A stretch of DNA of 64,000 nt from a bacterium (GTDB lineage: Bacteria > Zhuqueibacterota > QNDG01 > DSAB01): positions 18,851 through 82,850 of the forward strand of contig JAFGDT010000041.1 in NCBI GenBank assembly GCA_016931965.1, read 5' to 3'. The notes beneath the pieces are model-generated. The model searched no databases. It was not told the origin of the DNA and worked only from the letters and a program-made list of their open reading frames with translations. Each line of letters opens with the position of its first letter. The stretch's first letter is position 1. Shown here one piece after another: positions 1-12,081 of the stretch. The translations under genes and the position numbers were made by a program.

Positions 1-109
1 AAACCTGAGGTGTAAAGGTGGAACGGGTCAATTTTTGAATCCGCTTGACCGCTTCTTCACCCGCAGAGATATCGACACCGGCATGCTTATATTTTATCTG
101 TTTTTTCAA
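1..109 (-). CDS. purM: Phosphoribosylformylglycinamidine cyclo-ligase (PurM), N-terminal 36 codons only; the rest runs off the window edge. Starts on TTG at 109..107
   Basis: Hand translation of the minus strand gives MKKQIKYKHAGVDISAGEEAVKRIQKLTRSTFTPQV. This matches the PurM N-terminal signature YK(D)AGVDI.AG..V.RIK......R.EV. The TTG start overlaps the upstream TGA stop as TTGA. Confidence 0.5.
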   Translation of the reverse strand, partial: MKKQIKYKHAGVDISAGEEAVKRIQKLTRSTFTPQV

Positions 110-636
110 CGACTGCTTTCCTCTTGAACATATTTTTTTCTTACACGATGGAAAAAGGATAGAGCCAGATCTGTCTGGTAATCGGGATAAGTCCAGTGGG
201 ATGTAAAAAATTGATTGTGCCTGTACTGAAGCTGGACATCTCCATATATCCCGTCGGAGAGATAGATCCTGTGCGCAAAATCCTTTGTCGAAGCCAGGAC
301 CAGTTTGGCACCGGTCAGGTATCCGGGATCGAGATTGATCGATCGCCTATTGTTAACCGACCATAATGCTTCAATTTGATTTGTCCTTATTTTAATCTTC
401 GCCAAATCTCCCGGATGGATGCATTTGACAAAGCTTAAAAACATTTTTTTAAGATCAACGCCCATTTCTTGCTCATAATAATCCGTAAAAACAAAATCAA
501 AAACGGGCGTTTGATCATCGACAGGTCCCAACACGTCCACCAGATGCTGTATCACTTTGGAGTGATTGACACTCTTCGTGAAAATAAAGCCGCAAATGGG
601 TTTCACAACCTGAACGGTTCGAATATCCCCCATCAC
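106..636 (-). CDS. DUF4416 family protein, a conserved uncharacterised family
   Basis: 176-aa ORF. Motifs FDFVFTDYYEQEMG, NLDPGYLTGAKLVLASTKDFAHRIYL and WTYPDY resemble what I recall of DUF4416 proteins. Its stop overlaps the purM start. Confidence 0.55.
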   Translation of the reverse strand: MMGDIRTVQVVKPICGFIFTKSVNHSKVIQHLVDVLGPVDDQTPVFDFVFTDYYEQEMGVDLKKMFLSFVKCIHPGDLAKIKIRTNQIEALWSVNNRRSINLDPGYLTGAKLVLASTKDFAHRIYLSDGIYGDVQLQYRHNQFFTSHWTYPDYQTDLALSFFHRVRKKYVQEESSR

Positions 637-849
637 GAATCCTCAGAGGAGCAACAGTCCATAAGCACCCCCCCTCTACCCAATCCTTCTCCTTTTATTT
701 TAAACAATTTAATATCGAAAATTCGATCTAAAATGTCAAGGGAATTCAGGCCATATCTTGACAAATCTCCATAACTTTCTATTGCCTTTCTCAACCAATT
801 TGAATACATTGTTTTGGCATCTCGAAGAATCTTCGAACGGGAGTCAGCA

Positions 850-3800
850 ATGCAGAAACATCTTTCGTTAATACTACTTTGGTTCATGACATCTTCCACC
901 ATCTCACTATTTGCAGTAGAAGGTCGATTGATGCGGTATCCCGATATCCATAACGAACAGATTGTCTTCACCTATGAAGATGATCTATGGCTCGTATCAA
1001 GTCAGGGCGGAACCGCTGTGCGAATCACTTCGCATCCGGGAACAGAACAATATGCAAAATTCTCACCGGACGGAGAATGGATTGCCTTTACAGGAGAATA
1101 CGATGGGGGAAGAGATATTTATGTAATTCCAGCCTCAGGGGGAGAACCGAGACGGCTGACATACCATCCTGCCGACGATGAGGTAGTGGAATGGAAACCG
1201 GACGGAAAAGCGATCTTATTTCGATCAAAAAGGGACCTGGAAACCAGAGGATACCTCGTATCCATTGATGGAACCTTTCCGGAAATGTTACCGGTGGACC
1301 GACTGCGTTACGGCTCATTTTCCCCTGACGGTTCGCAAATAGCCTACAACAGAAACAACTCGGATCGCATGAACTGGAAAGGGTATAAAGGAGGCAGACA
1401 GCAGGATATCTGGATTGCCGATTTCAAGGATTCCCTCTTTCAAAAAATGACAACGTATCGCGGATATGATAATTTTCCCATGTGGTATGAAGAGACGATT
1501 TTCTTCAATTCGGATAGAGAGGATGGTCGCATGAATCTTTTCGCCTACTCGCTGGTCGATCATCAGATAACGAGAAAAACAGTTCACAAGGAATGGGACG
1601 TTGAGTTTCCTTCACTGGGATCGGAACAAATTGTGTATGGTTGTGAGGGTTATTTATGGATTTATGATATCCCTTCAGAAAAAACGGAGAAAATTTCCAT
1701 CGATATCCCATCGGATCGCTGGCTGACCCGTGAAACCCATATCGATCCATCGGAATACATACAGGACATCACACTCTCCCAAACGGGTGAAATGGCTATC
1801 GCCCAGGCCAGAGGAGATATCTACCTTCTCAAAGAAGATGAAATCATCAACATCTCACAGACTTCCCCTACACGTGAAATGGTACCCACACTCTCTCCAG
1901 ACAGTCTGTGGATTGCTTTCTTTTCCGACAAGACGGGAGAGTACGAACTCTACATCACAAAACCGGAGGAAAAACAAACCTGGATCCAACTGACGGATGG
2001 ACTCAAAACCACGCCTTATCACATTCTCTGGTCTCCCGATTCAAAAAAACTCCTCTTCGGTGATAAAGATTACAAACTCTACTGGTTGGATATCGAGGAG
2101 AAAAACCTTACAGAGATCGACCGTGCGCTCTACCAGAAAGACAATGAAATCTACTGGGAGATCTCCGAATACGATTGGTCACCCGATTCAAAATGGATTG
2201 TCTATTCCAAGTGTGAAAAGAACATGAACAGTTCGATCTTCCTCTACAATCTCGAATCAAAGCAGATCACACAGGTGACGGACGACCGGTACGATGACAC
2301 TTCCCCGGGTTTCGACAAAAATGGAGAAGTCCTCTATTTTCTCTCACTGAGAAATTTTGAACCAATGCTCGATCCATTCATGGACAACAACATCAACGGA
2401 AATATGTCCATGATCTTTTATGTAGAACTTCAATCAGAAATGGCTTCTTCTTTTACCGGAGATGGCGAAAAAGCAGAAGAACAAAAATCCATTGATTTGG
2501 ATGGATTGACCGATCGTATCTTCCCGGTCTCTGTCCGGCCGGGGACCTATAAAAGGCTGATCGGGTGTCAGAATGGTTTTTTCTATCTCGCCAAGGAACA
2601 ATTTGGCTTTCCCACTGACAGGGAATTCTACTATCCGAAATTTGTCACCACGTACAGCCTCTATAAATACGATATGCAAAGAAAACGGGAATACGATATG
2701 ATTCATGGCATTGGTTACTACAATATTTCCGGTGACGGTTCAAAAATAGCCTATTTCTCAGGTAATATCACGGGTGTGATTGATGCCGTCGGTGAAAGTT
2801 TCGTCGGTGAGGGCAGCCTTAACTGGCACGATATCCGCCAGAAGGTTAATATCTTTCAGGAGTATACCCAAATCTTTCACGATGTGTGGAGACAGATTCG
2901 GGATTTCTTTTACGATCCGCAGCTGCACGGAAAAGATTGGCCATCTATCCGCAATAAGTATGAACCACTGATTTCCTCTGTGGGAAACCGTTCAGATTTA
3001 AATTATCTACTGGGTCAGATGATCGGTGAACTGATGGCATCCCATGAATATATCCTTCATGCGGGAGACAACAGCCGCAGGGCAGAGGACAAGCAACAGG
3101 TCAACACAGGACTTCTGGGAGCCGACCTGGAGCCAGAAATGCGGAGCGGACGATATCGATTCAACCACATCATCCGTGGGATCAACTGGGACAGAAACCT
3201 GACCAATCCGCTTGAAGCACCCGATATTGAAATAAATGAAGGAGATTATCTTCTGTCGATCGATCATGTCCAGATTACAACGGAAGAAAACTACCTAAAA
3301 TATTTGATCGATAAGGGAGGGAAAGAGATCACGATAACCGTCAACTCAAAACCGGATACAGCCAATGCGCGGACCTATACAATTGAAAGCATGCCCCTCA
3401 CAAAAGAAATGGGACTCCGTCAACACGAATGGGTCGAAAACAACTACAAAAAGGTCAAAGACAAAACCAACGGACAGATCGGTTATATCCATCTTTCGGA
3501 CATGGATGAAAAGGGAATCCAGGAATTTGAACAGGGATTCAGAGCCGAACGGCTCAGAGAAGGCCTTATCATCGATGTTCGAAATAACCGCGGCGGATTT
3601 GTCTCCTGGTTTCTAATCGATAAGCTGGAAAGAAAAATTTCCAGCCTAACGCAGACACGGGATTTCAATCCCATGGCCTATCCGCACGGCGTCCATATGG
3701 GACCGACGGTTTTTATTTGTGACGAGACGACCAGTTCGGATGGGGAAATTTTTATTCATCAGGTTCAGGAAAACAGTCTTGGATTGGTGATCGGTACGGA

Positions 3801-4071
3801 TACATGGGGCGGACTGATCGGCTATATCAACATCATCCCGACGGTCGATGACGGCATGGTGACACAATCGAATGTCGGATTTGCCGATCTTGAGGGGAAT
3901 TGGCTTATTGAAAATGAAGGAGCCCATCCGGACATTGTTGTTGAAAATACGCCGGGTGATATACTGTCAGGCCGAGATCCCCAGCTTGACCGAGCCATTG
4001 AATGGATATTGGAAAATCTTGAGAAAAATCCACCGATAACGTTAAAATCACCCCCCTTTCCGGAGCGGTAA
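850..4071 (+). CDS. Tricorn protease homolog, a secreted S41-family peptidase with TolB-like beta-propellers and a PDZ domain
   Basis: ORF of about 1073 aa. It has repeated FSPDG..IAF propeller motifs, e.g. YAKFSPDGEWIAFTGEYDGGRDIYVIPASGGEPRRLTYHP, and a C-terminal S41 peptidase region. I place the start at the ATG at 850 rather than the TTG at 814, because it follows a GGGAG Shine-Dalgarno and yields the signal peptide MQKHLSLILLWFMTSSTISLFA. Confidence 0.8.
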   Translation: MQKHLSLILLWFMTSSTISLFAVEGRLMRYPDIHNEQIVFTYEDDLWLVSSQGGTAVRITSHPGTEQYAKFSPDGEWIAFTGEYDGGRDIYVIPASGGEPRRLTYHPADDEVVEWKPDGKAILFRSKRDLETRGYLVSIDGTFPEMLPVDRLRYGSFSPDGSQIAYNRNNSDRMNWKGYKGGRQQDIWIADFKDSLFQKMTTYRGYDNFPMWYEETIFFNSDREDGRMNLFAYSLVDHQITRKTVHKEWDVEFPSLGSEQIVYGCEGYLWIYDIPSEKTEKISIDIPSDRWLTRETHIDPSEYIQDITLSQTGEMAIAQARGDIYLLKEDEIINISQTSPTREMVPTLSPDSLWIAFFSDKTGEYELYITKPEEKQTWIQLTDGLKTTPYHILWSPDSKKLLFGDKDYKLYWLDIEEKNLTEIDRALYQKDNEIYWEISEYDWSPDSKWIVYSKCEKNMNSSIFLYNLESKQITQVTDDRYDDTSPGFDKNGEVLYFLSLRNFEPMLDPFMDNNINGNMSMIFYVELQSEMASSFTGDGEKAEEQKSIDLDGLTDRIFPVSVRPGTYKRLIGCQNGFFYLAKEQFGFPTDREFYYPKFVTTYSLYKYDMQRKREYDMIHGIGYYNISGDGSKIAYFSGNITGVIDAVGESFVGEGSLNWHDIRQKVNIFQEYTQIFHDVWRQIRDFFYDPQLHGKDWPSIRNKYEPLISSVGNRSDLNYLLGQMIGELMASHEYILHAGDNSRRAEDKQQVNTGLLGADLEPEMRSGRYRFNHIIRGINWDRNLTNPLEAPDIEINEGDYLLSIDHVQITTEENYLKYLIDKGGKEITITVNSKPDTANARTYTIESMPLTKEMGLRQHEWVENNYKKVKDKTNGQIGYIHLSDMDEKGIQEFEQGFRAERLREGLIIDVRNNRGGFVSWFLIDKLERKISSLTQTRDFNPMAYPHGVHMGPTVFICDETTSSDGEIFIHQVQENSLGLVIGTDTWGGLIGYINIIPTVDDGMVTQSNVGFADLEGNWLIENEGAHPDIVVENTPGDILSGRDPQLDRAIEWILENLEKNPPITLKSPPFPER

Positions 4072-4107
4072 TGCAAAGCTGAGCAGAAAGGTAGCCTTGT
4101 TTATAAT

Positions 4108-6156
4108 ATGGAAGGAGATCTTGTGGAAAATCAAGAAAAACCGGAAGGCGCATTTATCCTATGGAAATGGGAAGATCAAGAAATTGACAATCTGAAACGG
4201 TTAAGACGGCAGCTGCTCGATATTCATTCAAAGGGATTTTCCGGTGTTCTGGCAAGCCTTGGATCGACCCGATACGAATTCATTGATCCCAAGGTATTGC
4301 GTGCGGTGGCACAAGTGAGCCAATGGGCTAAAAAACGCAATATCGCATTCTGGTTTGAAACAGATCCACGACAAGCTTCACGGTCTTTAATTTCAAAAAC
4401 AGGTGAATGTACCCAAAATCTGATCATCACAAAAAGACGGAACGATGGTCTTAAGGAAACTTATCCTCATATCAGTAAAATAAAAAAGAATCGCTTCGAA
4501 TTGCGGTTCGAATATCCGAAGACCCAGTCTTCATCCCTGCTGCAGGAAAGATCCATTCATTTTGAACCGATAGGACTTGAAAAAACATACTTATTCCAGA
4601 TGAAAGGGAGTACAGTCATCAGTGATTCGGTTCGAGACATCACATCGGAAAGCCACTTCTTTGCAAACATTGAAAAAGGCTATGTGGATATATTTGGAGA
4701 TGTGCAGACTGCGGAAGATGAGGAATGGTGGGCCATGGCATTTCCCAAATTCAATACAAATGTATATGATTATGCAGGATTTGAAAGCAACAACCTTCTC
4801 TGCCTTTTCGCCGAGAACCTCTTTGACGCCTGCACCCATCTCAGTGGTATAGCATGGGGAGAAAATGGAACAGGATACGTCGTCGATATGGGTCGGTTCC
4901 CCGTCAGTCTTTCCCTGTATAACAGCTTTCGTGCAGAATACCGATACGATCTCCGGAATGTCCTTTATGGTTTGGTACTGAATCTGGACAGTGGACTTCA
5001 CATACAGATCCGGTCGGATTATTACAATCTGCTGATGCATACCGTATACAATGCCGAGAAAGAGTTCTATCAGACCATTCACGGTTTTTTTGGAAACTTG
5101 GATGTGATTGTTCACCATCACTTTCGATCTACAGTGATACAGATGGACAACTTAGTCCGGGGCAGCATCGATCCCTGGAAAAGTCTGAACTATGTTGGCT
5201 CGCCGATTGTTGAAATAGAACCTGTTGATCATCTGAAAAAAAACAGTTACCATCTCATCCCAACCATTCTGATAACAAAAAGCCTCGGTGTTTACTCAAA
5301 TACGCAGCGTGTTTTTTGTGATACCCAGCACAGTCATTATGCAAGTGAAGGATTGAACTACCTCATGGATCTGATGGCGCTCTTTTCCATTCGTTTATTG
5401 ATCAAAACCAATGGGAATAACATGGAGACTCACAAAAAAATCCCTATAAAAAAAGACAACCTGAGTCACATGAGCTGGAATGACATGGAAGGGATCAATC
5501 GTAAAATTAACCATATCCGGAACATTACGGGCTATAAATTTCCCGAAGCAAACATTGTCCTGGTCTATCCGATCGAAACGATCATGGCTATGGGATCACA
5601 AGATGCTGAAAAAATAATTGCGTCGGTCAATCAATTGATTACCCGCCTTGTCTTGGCGGGCATTCAACTGGATGTCATTTCTCCTGTCTTATTGAAGGAA
5701 TGCCATCTTTTTCCCGATGGAATAAGCATCCGTTCAAGGACATACGAATCGATCATTTTCCCTTACCCCGAGGTTGTCGATCATGAAGTTCTCGAAATCA
5801 TTTCCCTGATTGCCAGATCCAATATCCCCTTTTCCATTGGTGGTTGTGTCCCCCGCTATACCTCTTCAGGGAAACGGGTGCCTCACATATTCCCGTTAAC
5901 ATTTGATCCTCAGGATGAGGATTTATCGCCTCTTCGGAAAAAAGGGATAAAAAGATTGATGATTTTACCTGAAAACGGTCTCGGAACAATGATCTATCAG
6001 GGAGAGGATATCCTTTTTCTTATCTGCCCAAAACAGGCTGGTGAATCAGTCAATGGTCGAGTCCGATTTCAAAACATTTCTTTCTCAGTTCCTAAAAGTC
6101 AGTCACTCGTTATTTTTCGGAAACAAAAATATAAAAAGGTAGAACAGATCGTTTAA
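4108..6156 (+). CDS. Hypothetical cytoplasmic protein of 682 aa with no domain I can recognise
   Basis: A long uninterrupted ORF 36 nt downstream of the tricorn gene on the same strand. It lacks a signal peptide and its codon composition resembles its neighbours. Confidence 0.6.
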   Translation: MEGDLVENQEKPEGAFILWKWEDQEIDNLKRLRRQLLDIHSKGFSGVLASLGSTRYEFIDPKVLRAVAQVSQWAKKRNIAFWFETDPRQASRSLISKTGECTQNLIITKRRNDGLKETYPHISKIKKNRFELRFEYPKTQSSSLLQERSIHFEPIGLEKTYLFQMKGSTVISDSVRDITSESHFFANIEKGYVDIFGDVQTAEDEEWWAMAFPKFNTNVYDYAGFESNNLLCLFAENLFDACTHLSGIAWGENGTGYVVDMGRFPVSLSLYNSFRAEYRYDLRNVLYGLVLNLDSGLHIQIRSDYYNLLMHTVYNAEKEFYQTIHGFFGNLDVIVHHHFRSTVIQMDNLVRGSIDPWKSLNYVGSPIVEIEPVDHLKKNSYHLIPTILITKSLGVYSNTQRVFCDTQHSHYASEGLNYLMDLMALFSIRLLIKTNGNNMETHKKIPIKKDNLSHMSWNDMEGINRKINHIRNITGYKFPEANIVLVYPIETIMAMGSQDAEKIIASVNQLITRLVLAGIQLDVISPVLLKECHLFPDGISIRSRTYESIIFPYPEVVDHEVLEIISLIARSNIPFSIGGCVPRYTSSGKRVPHIFPLTFDPQDEDLSPLRKKGIKRLMILPENGLGTMIYQGEDILFLICPKQAGESVNGRVRFQNISFSVPKSQSLVIFRKQKYKKVEQIV

Positions 6157-6171
6157 GGCACAATCAATCGA

Positions 6172-7023
6172 TTATTTTTCTTCAGGCCACTCCGTAACTT
6201 GGATATAACACCCTTCGGGATCAGTGATTCCTTTCAAACAGTAAAGACTGCGGTATCTTTTTTCTTCTCTATCTCTTCGATCGGTCACATCAGCCAACCC
6301 TCCCCACGGACACGACAGACAGTGCTCAGGCTGTTTTTGAAAGGATGTTGCCGTTTTCAGGGACACCAACGCCTGATCACGATGATAAGAGACTGTAGAG
6401 CCCTGTTTCACGATCTCTATATTTCTGGGTTTGTGGATGACAATTCTGCCCCGGTCTTCACGGATTTCCCCTTCCATTTCCACCACCATTCTGGATGCAA
6501 ACTGAAACGTCTGCATCATTTTTTCTGAAATACGAACATAAAAAGTATCATCAAAGGATTCAACGCCGATGAATCCTCTTTTAAATACAAGAAGATAGCC
6601 CCGAAGCTTGATATGGGAGGCTTTATGGCAAAGGACCTGTTCGAACCAGGGTTTGATATAATGAATTTGCCCGCCGAACATTCGCCGCTTATAACGGATA
6701 TTTTCCAACCAGTTTTCGAAATCCTCAAGATCTTCCATAAAACGGCTATATTGATCCTCCGTCAACAACAATCTGGGCTGAAGATGAACCTTCTCTTCAA
6801 TGTAATAGGTGCAGCCTTTACAGTTTTTCCCTATATACTGGTATCGATGAATACACCTGTTCCCTTTTTCCATGAGAATACAATGCCATTTAAAATAGAG
6901 ACACCCTTGAGGGTAACAGTTTTTCTCTTTCATGACATGGAAAACCGAAACTTTTCCCTCAAATCGTTTATGGGCTTCCTGACTGCAACGAAAAACATCG
7001 TCTCTTTTATATTGATTAATCAT
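6172..7023 (-). CDS. Hypothetical Cys/His-rich protein
   Basis: 283-aa ORF with clustered Cys at both ends: CYPQGCLYFKWHC, CIHRYQYIGKNCKGC, and C-terminal CLSCPWGG...CLKG...C. It looks like a metal-binding protein. No family recognised. Confidence 0.5.
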   Translation of the reverse strand: MINQYKRDDVFRCSQEAHKRFEGKVSVFHVMKEKNCYPQGCLYFKWHCILMEKGNRCIHRYQYIGKNCKGCTYYIEEKVHLQPRLLLTEDQYSRFMEDLEDFENWLENIRYKRRMFGGQIHYIKPWFEQVLCHKASHIKLRGYLLVFKRGFIGVESFDDTFYVRISEKMMQTFQFASRMVVEMEGEIREDRGRIVIHKPRNIEIVKQGSTVSYHRDQALVSLKTATSFQKQPEHCLSCPWGGLADVTDRRDREEKRYRSLYCLKGITDPEGCYIQVTEWPEEK

Positions 7024-7056
7024 AATGGATTGAACGGCAGTGGATGAGGAGATGTT

Positions 7057-7941
7057 TCACCCATCATTTTTGTGATCTGGAGGATCGCTGATATGGAGTT
7101 TATTTCTTCTCGCTTCCAGCAGATGATTTTCTTCTCCTCTATATTCAGCCACAGTCTGAATGTTCACATGATACTGATTGGCCAGAGCAAAAAGGGGTTC
7201 AATATGATGCTTCCAATGCATATCTCTCAACAAATGATGGTCAATGATGATCGTTGTTACTTTTGTTTTTTCAATCATCCTTTTAATATGGGTTAGCGAT
7301 TTCTTCAGTATCTTTTGTAAATCATCCTTTTTGTGATTGATAGTGAAGAGGCCGTCTAAATAGAGAAACAATGGATTTTGTGATAAAATAAATTCCAACT
7401 GGTCTTCTCGACAGGCTCCTTCGATGTCCGAGCTGAAAAGAAATGATTGATCATCTTCATGAATGGCCATCTGAATGACAAATCCATGGTCTTCTGTTAG
7501 ACCATGAGGTACCGGTGGAGAAAAAATGATCCGTGTATTTTTTAATGATACTGTTTTTTCATCTACATAATGAATCTCTCTGGGTATGCCTTGTATCTTT
7601 TTTAAAAAGGCGAAAGCACGGTTTCTTTGGGAAAGGTTTATCTTCTGGTTTGGATTTTTAAGCAAGAGCAATTTATTGCGATAAAGCTCCCCATTATCGG
7701 GAATAAAATGGCTTAAATGAAAATGGGTGATAACAACAACATCAGCCAAATGAGCAAAAAGGTGAAGCCGTTCTCTCTGTTTTTTGAAAGCCCACTTTTC
7801 AAATGGATGGGGCGGTAGTCCGTATCGATTTTGTACCAGTGTGACACCCGGATCAACCAAAATGTTAAGGTCTCGGGTCTCGATAAAAACAGCCATTGAA
7901 CGGCTGCCCATCGATTCGGCTGCAATGGGTGTAATTTTCAT
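7057..7941 (-). CDS. MBL-fold metallo-hydrolase, archaeal-type UPF0282/COG2248-like
   Basis: N-terminus MKITPIAAESMGSRSMAVFIE..LVDPGV..RYGLPPHP plus ITHFHLSHF matches the COG2248 pattern ESLGVRS ... DPGV ... GLPPHP ... HYHYDH. Confidence 0.55.
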   Translation of the reverse strand: MKITPIAAESMGSRSMAVFIETRDLNILVDPGVTLVQNRYGLPPHPFEKWAFKKQRERLHLFAHLADVVVITHFHLSHFIPDNGELYRNKLLLLKNPNQKINLSQRNRAFAFLKKIQGIPREIHYVDEKTVSLKNTRIIFSPPVPHGLTEDHGFVIQMAIHEDDQSFLFSSDIEGACREDQLEFILSQNPLFLYLDGLFTINHKKDDLQKILKKSLTHIKRMIEKTKVTTIIIDHHLLRDMHWKHHIEPLFALANQYHVNIQTVAEYRGEENHLLEARRNKLHISDPPDHKNDG

Positions 7942-8039
7942 TTACGATCACACTTCAAACAAAAACGGTCACACCACATTACTCTATATCACAATCTGCT
8001 TAAATCAATTCAATAGATGCCTGTTGAGGATTGCTATCG

Positions 8040-9446
8040 TTACAAATGGCTCAAGGGATGTTTGCCCAAGGGATAGACATTGAATCCAATTTCAAATAGT
8101 TTGCGGTGATCCAGTATATTACGGCCGTCAAAAATGAATGGCGGTTTCTCCATATGTTGGAATATGCTTTGATAATCTAAAGTTTTGTATGCCTCCCATT
8201 CCGTCACGACGGCGATCGCATGTGCGTTGACTGCAGCTTGATAAGGATCTGCCTGGAATTCGAGATTTCCGTCAAGTCCTTCCAATTCGAGCCTGGCATT
8301 CTCGATGGCCTTGGGATCTGTGATGACAACACAGGCTCTTTCCTCTAATAATTTTTTCGTAATATAAATGGCCGGAGATTCACGGGTATCACCTGTATTG
8401 GCCTTAAACGCAAATCCAAACAGTGCAATGCGTTTATTGGCTATGGTGTTAAAGAGTGCTTTGTTAATGGTTTGAACAAACCGGCTTTCCTGATATTCGT
8501 TGATCGAAACAACCCTCTCCCAATATTCAGCCACCTCGCTTAGACCATAGGATTCACAAATATAAACCAGATTGAGTATATCCTTTTTAAAACAGGAACC
8601 GCCAAAACCGACACTTGCATTCAGAAATTTTTCCCCGATACGGCTGTCTTTCCCAACCGCATGAGCCACTTCACCGATATCGGCTTCGGTTTTTTCACAT
8701 AAAGCAGAAATGCTGTTGATTGAGGAAATACGTTGCGCAAGAAACGCATTGGCAACCAGTTTGGATAATTCCGAGCTCCAGATATTGCTGGTGATAATTC
8801 TCTCCCGCGGCACCCAATTCTCATAAATCTCGACAATTTCACGACACGCATTTTGCCCTTCCTCTGTCTGTTGGGCACCAATCAGAACCCTGTCCGGATT
8901 TTCAAGATCGTTGATAGCCGATCCTTCAGCCAAAAACTCAGGGTTGGATACCACTTCAAAGTGAATGCCTTTATCATTGGAATTGAGAATTCGCTCCATG
9001 GCACTTGCCGTTCTTACAGGCAGGGTGCTTTTTTCGACGATGATTTTATCCGATTCAGAAACCCTTAATATATCTCTTGCCGTCTTTTCCCAATATTGCA
9101 GATCGGCGGTTTTCCCGGCTCCTTCCCCAAACAATTTGGTCGGTGTATTGACCGATACAAAAATAATATCCGCTTTTCTAATATTCTCTTCAATTGCCGC
9201 AGAATAAAAAAGATTTTTCCCTCTTGCACTTTTTACCACATCCAAAAGACCCGGTTCATAAATGGGGAGATTATCCGATTGCCAGCGTTTGACCTTTTCT
9301 TGATTAATATCCACAACGATAACCAGATACTGGGGACAGCGGGCAGCAATCACGGCCATTGTGGCGCCACCGACATACCCGGCACCAATACATAAAATGT
9401 GTTTTTTAAATTTCTTTGTATTGATCCGTTCATTTGATCTCTTCAT
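8040..9446 (-). CDS. ugd: UDP-glucose 6-dehydrogenase
   Basis: N-terminal Rossmann motif ILCIGAGYVGG, catalytic-Cys region GFGGSCFKKD, and the typical length of 468 aa. Confidence 0.85.
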   Translation of the reverse strand: MKRSNERINTKKFKKHILCIGAGYVGGATMAVIAARCPQYLVIVVDINQEKVKRWQSDNLPIYEPGLLDVVKSARGKNLFYSAAIEENIRKADIIFVSVNTPTKLFGEGAGKTADLQYWEKTARDILRVSESDKIIVEKSTLPVRTASAMERILNSNDKGIHFEVVSNPEFLAEGSAINDLENPDRVLIGAQQTEEGQNACREIVEIYENWVPRERIITSNIWSSELSKLVANAFLAQRISSINSISALCEKTEADIGEVAHAVGKDSRIGEKFLNASVGFGGSCFKKDILNLVYICESYGLSEVAEYWERVVSINEYQESRFVQTINKALFNTIANKRIALFGFAFKANTGDTRESPAIYITKKLLEERACVVITDPKAIENARLELEGLDGNLEFQADPYQAAVNAHAIAVVTEWEAYKTLDYQSIFQHMEKPPFIFDGRNILDHRKLFEIGFNVYPLGKHPLSHL

Positions 9447-9629
9447 TCATGATCTCCTTATCAAGATCAACACACCCTCATGCAATCAGAATGTTGCTGT
9501 TCGCGTTGTATCGATGATTCATCTCCATTTAAAGGATCGTTTTTCTACTGCCACTGGCGATGATTTCTCAAAACGGGAACAAGAATCACACCATAAAGTA
9601 AGTACTTTTTTCAGTCGCAGCCATATCGA

Positions 9630-12039
<2,410 letters not shown>

Positions 12040-12081
12040 AAGCGAACTCCTCTGTATGAACCTGAATTAGAATACACATAA

